NCBI GenBank assembly: GCA_946487895.1
Contig: CAMLUO010000004.1
Coordinates: 9,990-73,989, forward strand
Source: an uncultured Clostridium sp.
GTDB lineage: Bacteria > Bacillota > Clostridia > TANB77 > CAG-508
Direction of reading: 5' to 3'
Length of the DNA: 64,000 nucleotides
The notes beneath the pieces are model-generated. The model did not search any database and was not told the origin of the DNA. It worked only from the letters and a program-made list of their open reading frames with translations. The translations under genes were made by a program, and so were the position numbers. How positions within the stretch are numbered: position 1 is the first letter of the stretch; each line of letters begins with the position of its first letter. This document shows positions 29,001 to 35,970 of this stretch, piece after piece.

Positions 29001-30359
29001 CAATTAGAAATTAAAGATGTCAAGGTAGATGGTAAAGATGCAGATATTGAAATAAGTTTTAATGAAGTAGCAATTTCGGTTAATAGTTTATCACCAAATC
29101 AAACAATTACAGTAACTATAACAACAGTTGTAAGAGAATTGGAGGGAGTTACTGAAGATGAAGAAATAACAAATCAAGTAATAGTAAATAATTATCAGGG
29201 AGATGAGGTTGTATCTAATCAAGTGACACATTTTATAGATAGACCAGAAGATCCAGAAGAACCAGAAGATCCAGAAGAACCAGAAGATCCAGACAATCCA
29301 GATAACCCAGACAATCCAGATAACCCAGATAATCCAGATAACCCAGATAATCCATCAGATACAGAAACATATAGAATAAGTGGTACAGTATGGTTAGATA
29401 ATTCACTTGAAGGTAGAAGAGATGATAACGAAAATGGAGTAAGTGGAATAAATGTATATTTGATGAATGCACAAACAAATCAAATAACAGATATTTCAAC
29501 TTCTACAAATTCAGATGGATTTTACACATTGTCTAATATACCAAATGGAGAATATATAGTTGTTTTTGATTATTCTTCAACTCAGTATGGATTAACTAAA
29601 TATCAAGCATCTGGAATAGAAAATAATAGAAATTCAAAAGCATTAGCAAAACAAATAAATATATTTGGAACAGAAAAAACATACGGAGTTACAGATACTA
29701 TTACGATAAACGGAGGTAGTATAGGTAATATTAGTATGGGATTAACAGAGTTAGATGATTTTGACTTACAGATAGATAAATATATAAGTAGGATTATTGT
29801 AAAAACTCAAAGTGAAACAAATGTATATAGTTATAATAATGTAAATTTAGCTAAAATAGAAGTAAATGCTAAGAAAATAAATAATGCAGAAATAACAGTT
29901 GAGTATGCTATAAGAGTAACAAATGTAGGGCAAATAGAAGGATATGCAAGGAGAATTGAAGACCGAATTCCGGATGGATTTACATTTGATCCTTCTGAAA
30001 ATAAAGATTGGTATAGTTCAGGAGATAATATTTATAGTGTGATATTAGCAAATGAAAAAATTGCAGCAGGTGATTCAAAAATTTTAACTTTAACTTTGAC
30101 TAAAGATATGTCAGATGATACAACAGGAACTTATACAAATAATGTTGCGATAGATGAAAGCTACAATGAATTAGGTGTAACTGATTCAAATGCTAAAGGT
30201 GGAAATGATACAAGTTCGGCAGAATTAATTGTAAGTATAGGAACAGGTGCTATAGTTATTTACACAATATTAACATTATCAATTATTGGTATTATAGCAA
30301 TAGGAATATATTTTATAAAAGTAAAAGTTTTGAATGTGAAAAATGAGGAAAGGAGGTAA
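26013..30359 (+). CDS. Giant surface protein A3 (1448 aa), paralog of A1/A2 lacking their first N-terminal module
   Basis: Start moved to ATG 26013: SD ggagg 5 nt upstream, and the N-terminus MKGKIAKKVIMLIFICILTMFDVFVV aligns with A1/A2. Collinear blocks VYKGYLYQG, DENGNLVIQYNGE, LYENPEIEIVFPEEV. Acidic P/D/N linker, SdrD-B-like ISGTVWLDNSLEGRRDD.... Ends VSIGTGA + hydrophobic helix + KVKVLNVKNEERR. Confidence 0.9.
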   Translation: MKGKIAKKVIMLIFICILTMFDVFVVSKQIVQADGEEQSEQEKTEMSITQGIEKYFELSENQILLQQRIDTLLNKADKVRSSEKLQVNVPEIGERIPDTAIVLLNGIKLPDNTYFYDVQNRRLEISLNKENELFSDRQNIYQVIYTYSELPVEEKVNMVLNTTVTTNIEDEGELNSTNEQEIETEVKGSNISLMGDITDEVYKGYLYQGTQSPTSYAVMNRIQISNIDNLDTVTINNVSEAFVEEEKVVDSRTNEETTVENERNIEQLVYYTLTRISKEDMLRILGDDGIITIYNQNDEVLAEFNKDTQEDENGNLVIQYNGEDVTNVRIVMTKPVQEGIIDIYHDKAIKANTGFLRSDIERFDYLRETIQANEETIVMNMKLIEPTTQFDVTVNKTDYSTMNMNKDIEVSLTLKNNLSNMSLYENPEIEIVFPEEVKNLEIQDQVNILYDSELSIRESYVEGNVVHILLNGVQTNYKEIGTQINLKVNMEFDKTLTNRTSEIVTKVKNRAEEIENRKEVNITSPREIITVNNIQELGVESYGEEKQLTTEIAKNADEKTMQVESEVINNTENATSVKILGEFPTNDSQNNLGATINTPVQVEGVNATVYYTANENATENLEEDTNGWVTDVNSVANAKKYLITIDEMNPANSAKFTYSAAIPADLEYNQKANEGYIVYYTDAQSNVSNKAEATDVLMTTGDGPIVEAELVAKINGKAINTGDTVKAGEKISYEVNLKNTGTADASNIAVDLTISQSNDAGNDEVVNLNVKSIAPNETKTVSYEKEIPTDLSSEISLTAGAKVSYEDEQKDTNQMVLNAEPAKIVGEVSWNTANDELYYNDTAGILVNITNNTDEQQSGLTLQWDLPDGFEIGGQRILYLNQDKESEELEPTKTVSLRTLEPRETMTIAITVYTEEFEEETKMLYASATVSKEEVYRLGKTSEKVVHNRNKFFSVQLTANDEDDYVQPGEEIVYTANITNENINEVNLYITDTIPSQLEIKDVKVDGKDADIEISFNEVAISVNSLSPNQTITVTITTVVRELEGVTEDEEITNQVIVNNYQGDEVVSNQVTHFIDRPEDPEEPEDPEEPEDPDNPDNPDNPDNPDNPDNPDNPSDTETYRISGTVWLDNSLEGRRDDNENGVSGINVYLMNAQTNQITDISTSTNSDGFYTLSNIPNGEYIVVFDYSSTQYGLTKYQASGIENNRNSKALAKQINIFGTEKTYGVTDTITINGGSIGNISMGLTELDDFDLQIDKYISRIIVKTQSETNVYSYNNVNLAKIEVNAKKINNAEITVEYAIRVTNVGQIEGYARRIEDRIPDGFTFDPSENKDWYSSGDNIYSVILANEKIAAGDSKILTLTLTKDMSDDTTGTYTNNVAIDESYNELGVTDSNAKGGNDTSSAELIVSIGTGAIVIYTILTLSIIGIIAIGIYFIKVKVLNVKNEERR
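29244..29354 (+). repeat. In-frame tandem repeats inside A3 (18-nt PEDPEE units then seven 9-nt PDN units)
   Basis: ccagaagatccagaagaa x2.5 followed by ccagayaay x7, encoding PEDPEEPEDPEEPEDPDNPDNPDNPDNPDNPDNP, the linker preceding the SdrD-B-like domain. Confidence 0.9.
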
Positions 30360-30362
30360 AAC

Positions 30363-33300
30363 ATGACAAAGAAAATTAAAAATATAGCTATCTTGATTAT
30401 TAGTTTTATAATGTTTGTGTTAATAGGTTTGTGCGATAAAGAAGCATTAGCTATAAAAAAAGGCGATATAGTGTATTTAACAGCCAATTCAACAAAAACT
30501 ATGAATGAGTATAATCTAGCAAGTGGTTCATCAAATTTCTTTTGTATACAAGAAGGTCAGCCCTTAGATGCAAATACAAAATTTACTGTTACAAGATATG
30601 AGCCTATAAAAGGAGATAATGAAGTAGATTATAGAATGTGTTGGATAGCTTATCAACAAAATACAGATAGCAAGCCAGAAGGTGCAAATGGTATTGGTAC
30701 AGAACCTTCTTACTCAGTAAAACAAAGAGCTATATATGGATACTTTCCAACATGGGCTACAAAACATGGATGGAAAGATATAGATATTAATTCAGGTGGT
30801 CAATATTCACCAGGTTGGGAAGAAGAATCTTTAAAGCAATGGAAAAATTGGGAAAAGGCTAAAAATGCAAATATTAAAAATAATAAAACCGTAACTAGTT
30901 TGAAAAAAGAATTATATAATTATAATGGACAATCATATATAAAAATAGGACCTTTTAATTTTACATATTCTGGTGCAAATCCAAATGTGGTTTTTGACAT
31001 TACTAATCAAAATGGAACTAAAATGTCTGCTTTATATGGCGTATATGATGGAGGAACACTTAAAATATCATCAGGATTTCAAGCAGAAAACTATTCTAAT
31101 ACAGATTTTTACTTATTTATAAGAACAGATTCAAATGCAACATCAATTAATTTAAAAGTAACTCTTACAGATAACAGATGGGATTATACAGGGGATGTTT
31201 ATTTATTAGAATCTGATATAGAAGTAATAGTTGATGAAGTGGGAAAGAAAACACAAAATGTTATTTATACAACAAGTGAGTTTACAAGGGAAACAACTAC
31301 AGATAATGTTGAAATGAGAAATATACCTTTGACAGGAGAATTAGAAATTATAAAACAAGATAAAGATACAGGTGCAGTATTAAATAATGTTGGTTTTGTA
31401 CTATATAATGCACAAACAAAACAATATGTTGCATCAACAAGCTCAAATGGTATAGCAAAATATACTTCTAATAGAAGTGAAGCCAAAGAATTTATCACAG
31501 GAGTAGATGGCAGTTCAGGAAAGGTTACAGTGAAGGGCTTAATAGCTGGAACATATGATATATATGAGACTAAAAATCCAAATTATGGATATCAGGTTTC
31601 AAAAGATACAAAAGTTGCATCTGTAACAGTAAATCCTGGAAGTGCATCTTCTGGGACAGTTAATGATAGCCAAAGAACGATAGCAGATGGATATTATGAA
31701 ATAGAGTCAGCTTTAAAATCTAATATGGTTGTAGATTTGGCAAGTGGTAAAACAATAGATTCAACTAATGTTCAATTATATACTAGAAATAATTCTGCAG
31801 CACAGCAATTTTATGTTCAATATGTGGGAAAAGGATATTATGTGATAAGGTCAGCTGCAGCATATAATAAAGTGTTAGATGTACAAAGTGGCTCAACAGA
31901 TTCAGGTGCAAATGTACAAATATATACGAGCAATGATACAGATGCTCAAAGATGGGCTATAAGAGATGCTGGAAATGGATATTACTATATTGTCAATAAA
32001 GGTGGAGGAAAATACCTAGATGTTCAAGGAGCACATACAGATAATGGTACAAATATCCAAGTTTATAATGGAAATAGGAGTAATTCACAGAAATTTAAAT
32101 TTAACAGTAAAAATACAACTGAAACATCTAAAATAACAATATCAAATACGAAACAGACCGGAAACATGAGAATCAAAAAGGTAGATGCAACGAATTCTTC
32201 TGCAATGGCTGGAATAAGCTTTAAAATTAAAAATTCTGCTGGACAATATATAATAGCAGTAGATTCTAGTGGAAGAACACAATCAAGAGTTACAGGAACA
32301 ATACATTTAGGAAGTATGCAAACAACAACAAATGTAAATAGTGCAACAGAATTTGTGACAAATAGTAATGGAATAATAGAAATATATAATATGAAAGTTG
32401 ATACATATCAAGTAGTAGAAACATCACTAGGAGATAATTATTATGGATATGAATTGGAGAGTAGTTATATATCTTGGTCAAGTAATAAAGGCAGTGGAAC
32501 AGGAGCAACATCAAGTATATATATTAATAGGCAAACTTCAAGTAATACGAGTGCAAGTGCTTCAGGAAAATATGATCTATTAACAGTAAAAAATAGGAGA
32601 AAATATGTAAAAATTTCAGGTTATGTATGGGAAGATATAGCTTGGGATGACGGAAAAAATCAAGATGCAAACCAATTATATCAGGCTATAAATGATGATA
32701 AAAACGACAAATTGTTAAATAACATAGTAGTCAGACTAAAAGATAGTAATGGTTCTACTGTACAAGAAGTTAGAACAAACTCAAGTGGAAAATATACATT
32801 AAATAATGTTTTAATAGATAACTTGGGTAGATACTATATAGAATTCTCATATAATGGTATGGCATATGAATCAGTAGATATAATAAACATATCAAATAAT
32901 AGAGGAACAAAAGCAATAGAAGGAGACAATAGAACGTCATTTAATGGAGAATTTGCTCAAATAACAACAGGACAATCAAATAATAGCAGTGGAACTAAGA
33001 CAAATGATATAAGATATAATACAGAAGATTATAAGAGTGTGATTGATTATGAAGGAACATATCAATATGGATATGATGCATCACAAGTAAACTATATGAC
33101 ACCTGACGAATATAGAACATATTATCCAGTAAATGGTGTGGCAAGTAAATATTTAATTTCATCTTCAACATATAATGCATATAGATCAGTAGGAAGAAGC
33201 GGATACTTGTCAGACATAATAAGTGCAGATAGCATAAGACAAAATGGAACAACAGAGATTGGAACAACATTCACATCTGGAATAAACTTAGGATTAAAGA

Positions 33301-35723
33301 AAAGAGAAATGCCAGACTTATCTGTAGTAAAAGATATAGAGAGTGCAACAGTAAGTATAGTTGGAACACAACACGTATATAAATATGGAGACAGATTTAA
33401 TCCAGATTTATGGGCAGAAAATAGTAACGGAGTAAGTGGACATGAATTAGATCCACAAGTGAAATTCGAGGAAAAATATGCAGAAATGTCATATTCAAGA
33501 GCACTATATGCATCAGATGTGTACTATACAGGAGATCAAGGAGATCCATTATCAGTATATCTAACATATAAGATAGGAGTAAGAAATAATTCAACAGGAC
33601 TAAATGCAGTTATTTACGAATTAGATGATTACTTTGATGCAAAATACAATTTAATAGCAATAGGAACAGATATAAATGCTGATGGAAGTATAAAATCAGG
33701 AACACAAATTACTAACTATACATCACCAACAAATGTAAATAGTGAGTATAAGAAAATGACAATAGGAGGAAGCAACAGGGCAATATTTGAACTAAGTCCA
33801 TTAGAAGAAAAATATATTTATGTACAACTACAAGTAAATAGAAGTGATATTATACAAATTGTAGAAAATAGCGACAGTGAAAATTCTAAATTAGATAATA
33901 TTACAGAAATCAAAAAATATGGAATGACAAAAACAAACGAGAATGGTGTAAAAGAGGTATATGCCGGAATTGACAAAGATTCACAACCGGGAAATACAGA
34001 CATCAATGATAGAACAACATGGGAAGATGATACAGACAAGGCACCAGGAATGTTATTAGTATTACAACAATCAAGAGAAGTAAATGGAAAAGTATTCTTA
34101 GACACAGATGAGAATCCACTAGATGATGGACAACAAGTACATACTGCAGTTGCAAGACAAGGAAATGGACAATATGATGATGATGAAAAAGGAATAGAAA
34201 ATGTAAAAGTAACATTAGTAGACCAAGATGGAAATATAGCTCAGGTATATAATGAATCAAGTAAACAATATGAAGATGCAGTAACATATACAAATGAAAA
34301 TGGAGAATATACACTTGATGGATTTATACCAGGAGAATATGAAGTACAATACACTTGGGGCGGAAATGTTGATGGTGCAGGACTAAATTCAACATATACT
34401 CTAGATAGTGGAGAAGAAGAAATTGTTAATGTACAAAACTATAAGAGTACAGTAGTAGATGAAGATGTATGGAATGCAAAAGGAACAAATGAAAAATGGT
34501 ATAATGATAACTTCAAGAGAAATTATCCAGGACTAGAGTGGAATAATTCATCTAATACAGAAATTAGAGCATCAGATGCAGTAGATGATTATGATACAAG
34601 ACTTGCAATAGATTCAGAAACAGGGGAAATAACATATAGTGAAAAACAAAAACTTGAAAATACATATGACTCTACTTCAACAGAAGAAAAATATACAAAT
34701 ACACAAATGAATTCTAATACACAAAACTTCACAGTATATTTAGAATATGGAGATACAGCAGATGGCATAACAAATGCAGGGGGTAATACAACAAATTATA
34801 GTGAAGACACAGTAAATAGAATCAATAGTGTTGACTTTGGAATAATAGAAAGGGCAAGACAAGTATTACAATTAAATAAACATATAACAGCAGCAAGAAT
34901 TACACTTGCAAATGGAAATGTATTAGTAAATGCAAAATTAGAAGATGGACAATTAGTAGATCAGGCACAATATGTTGTAGTAACACCATCTTCACCAGGA
35001 GCAAATGGAATGGTAAGAATAGAAGTAGACCAAGAAATTATACAAAGTGCAACAGTAGAGATAGAATACGGTTTAGAAATAACAAACATAAGTGAATTAG
35101 AATATCAAACAGAAGAGTTCTATATGTATGGAGCAGGAAATGGAGAAGACGGAAGTAAATTAGTAACATTACAACCTGGACTAATAATAGATTACTTAGA
35201 TAATAATTTAGCAACAGATATGAGCGAAAATGCTGTATGGGACTCAATAGCACAAGAGAATAGAAAATCACAGTTAATAGATACAGGACTATTATCAGAA
35301 AGCCTAGAAGATATTTTATCAGGAACAAGTAGAGTAATAACAACAGATGATGCAGCAGATCAAGTGTTAGTTCCATTAGGAATAGAAATTGCTGGAATGA
35401 ATAATACATCAAGTATAGAAGTTGCATTAAGTGGATATAAATTATTGTCTAATACAGGAGATGAAACATTCCTAGAAAATAATGCGGAAATAATTAGAGT
35501 AATCAAGAATAATGGTGGAGGAACATTAATAACAACACCAGGAAACTATAATCCAAGCGATTCAAGCACATCAGAGTTGGACAACTCAACATCAGAAAGC
35601 TTAGTAATATTACCACCAACAGGATTAACAACAAATTATGTTGCATATATCTTATTAGCAATAAGTTCACTAGGAATACTAGTTGCAGGAATAATCCTAA
35701 TCAGGAAATATGTGATTAAATAG
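30363..35723 (+). CDS. Giant surface protein B3 (1786 aa), paralog of B1/B2 with inserted ricin-type lectin and a second SpaA-type domain; canonical LPPTG signal
   Basis: ATG 3 nt after A3 stop, with SD aaaggagg inside the last A3 codons. SpaA-type GELEIIKQDKDTGAVLNNVGFVLYN...GTYDIYETKNPNYGYQ and GNMRIKKVDATNSSAMAGISFKIKN...DTYQVVETSLGDNYYGYE. SdrD-B-like ISGYVWEDIAWDDGKNQD.... GIDKDSQPG...TWEDDTD. C-terminus VILPPTGL + hydrophobic stretch + IRKYVIK. Confidence 0.9.
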   Translation: MTKKIKNIAILIISFIMFVLIGLCDKEALAIKKGDIVYLTANSTKTMNEYNLASGSSNFFCIQEGQPLDANTKFTVTRYEPIKGDNEVDYRMCWIAYQQNTDSKPEGANGIGTEPSYSVKQRAIYGYFPTWATKHGWKDIDINSGGQYSPGWEEESLKQWKNWEKAKNANIKNNKTVTSLKKELYNYNGQSYIKIGPFNFTYSGANPNVVFDITNQNGTKMSALYGVYDGGTLKISSGFQAENYSNTDFYLFIRTDSNATSINLKVTLTDNRWDYTGDVYLLESDIEVIVDEVGKKTQNVIYTTSEFTRETTTDNVEMRNIPLTGELEIIKQDKDTGAVLNNVGFVLYNAQTKQYVASTSSNGIAKYTSNRSEAKEFITGVDGSSGKVTVKGLIAGTYDIYETKNPNYGYQVSKDTKVASVTVNPGSASSGTVNDSQRTIADGYYEIESALKSNMVVDLASGKTIDSTNVQLYTRNNSAAQQFYVQYVGKGYYVIRSAAAYNKVLDVQSGSTDSGANVQIYTSNDTDAQRWAIRDAGNGYYYIVNKGGGKYLDVQGAHTDNGTNIQVYNGNRSNSQKFKFNSKNTTETSKITISNTKQTGNMRIKKVDATNSSAMAGISFKIKNSAGQYIIAVDSSGRTQSRVTGTIHLGSMQTTTNVNSATEFVTNSNGIIEIYNMKVDTYQVVETSLGDNYYGYELESSYISWSSNKGSGTGATSSIYINRQTSSNTSASASGKYDLLTVKNRRKYVKISGYVWEDIAWDDGKNQDANQLYQAINDDKNDKLLNNIVVRLKDSNGSTVQEVRTNSSGKYTLNNVLIDNLGRYYIEFSYNGMAYESVDIINISNNRGTKAIEGDNRTSFNGEFAQITTGQSNNSSGTKTNDIRYNTEDYKSVIDYEGTYQYGYDASQVNYMTPDEYRTYYPVNGVASKYLISSSTYNAYRSVGRSGYLSDIISADSIRQNGTTEIGTTFTSGINLGLKKREMPDLSVVKDIESATVSIVGTQHVYKYGDRFNPDLWAENSNGVSGHELDPQVKFEEKYAEMSYSRALYASDVYYTGDQGDPLSVYLTYKIGVRNNSTGLNAVIYELDDYFDAKYNLIAIGTDINADGSIKSGTQITNYTSPTNVNSEYKKMTIGGSNRAIFELSPLEEKYIYVQLQVNRSDIIQIVENSDSENSKLDNITEIKKYGMTKTNENGVKEVYAGIDKDSQPGNTDINDRTTWEDDTDKAPGMLLVLQQSREVNGKVFLDTDENPLDDGQQVHTAVARQGNGQYDDDEKGIENVKVTLVDQDGNIAQVYNESSKQYEDAVTYTNENGEYTLDGFIPGEYEVQYTWGGNVDGAGLNSTYTLDSGEEEIVNVQNYKSTVVDEDVWNAKGTNEKWYNDNFKRNYPGLEWNNSSNTEIRASDAVDDYDTRLAIDSETGEITYSEKQKLENTYDSTSTEEKYTNTQMNSNTQNFTVYLEYGDTADGITNAGGNTTNYSEDTVNRINSVDFGIIERARQVLQLNKHITAARITLANGNVLVNAKLEDGQLVDQAQYVVVTPSSPGANGMVRIEVDQEIIQSATVEIEYGLEITNISELEYQTEEFYMYGAGNGEDGSKLVTLQPGLIIDYLDNNLATDMSENAVWDSIAQENRKSQLIDTGLLSESLEDILSGTSRVITTDDAADQVLVPLGIEIAGMNNTSSIEVALSGYKLLSNTGDETFLENNAEIIRVIKNNGGGTLITTPGNYNPSDSSTSELDNSTSESLVILPPTGLTTNYVAYILLAISSLGILVAGIILIRKYVIK
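31686..32105 (+). other. Ricin-type beta-trefoil lectin domain within B3
   Basis: Three pseudo-repeats with QxW-type motifs: NVQLYTRNNSAAQQFYV, NVQIYTSNDTDAQRWAI, NIQVYNGNRSNSQKFKF, each preceded by [LV]D[VL]xxG. Absent from B1 and B2. Confidence 0.85.
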
Positions 35724-35730
35724 AGGAAAA

Positions 35731-35761
35731 AGCTATTGAAATGATTTTCAGTAGCTTTTTT
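35731..35761 (+). terminator. Rho-independent terminator of cassette 3 (first of two)
   Basis: 11-bp stem agctattgaaa / tttcagtagct (one G-U), 4-nt loop, T5 run. 8 nt after the B3 stop. Confidence 0.75.
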
Positions 35762-35767
35762 CTTATG

Positions 35768-35792
35768 AAGCAAGATTTATCCTTGCTTTTTT
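35768..35792 (+). terminator. Second, weaker terminator hairpin
   Basis: Stem aagcaag / cttgctt, 7-nt loop, T6 run. Confidence 0.5.
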
Positions 35793-35970
35793 CGACAATA
35801 TGTAATAAAATAAAAAACGTAAAAAGAGTAAATAAAAGAAATAAAGGAAAACCTCTTAAAAAAACATAAAAAAATGTAAAAAACTTTTTTGAATTAGGTT
35901 ACCAAAAAAGACAAAAACCACAAAGGACAAGTAGTAAAATAAGCTTAACAAAAACAAAGAGGTGGTAAGG

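Noticed and set aside
29244-29354. A possible CRISPR-like or non-coding tandem array (regular 9- and 18-nt periodicity).
   Set aside because: The units are contiguous without spacers, in frame, and encode the PEDPEE/PDN linker of A3. There are no cas genes.
30420-30437. A possible lipoprotein signal in B3 (FVLIGLCDKE).
   Set aside because: The residue before Cys is Leu, not the Gly/Ala/Ser required by the lipobox L-[AS]-[GA]-C. An AxA-type site (EALA/IK) follows, so a standard signal peptide is more likely.
4067-35723. The giant-gene array as a horizontally acquired genomic island or mobile element.
   Set aside because: I saw no integrase, transposase, tRNA/tmRNA target, flanking direct repeats or conjugation or phage genes. 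Base composition and SD/promoter style look the same as in the flanking housekeeping genes. The old divergence of the paralogs argues for long residence.
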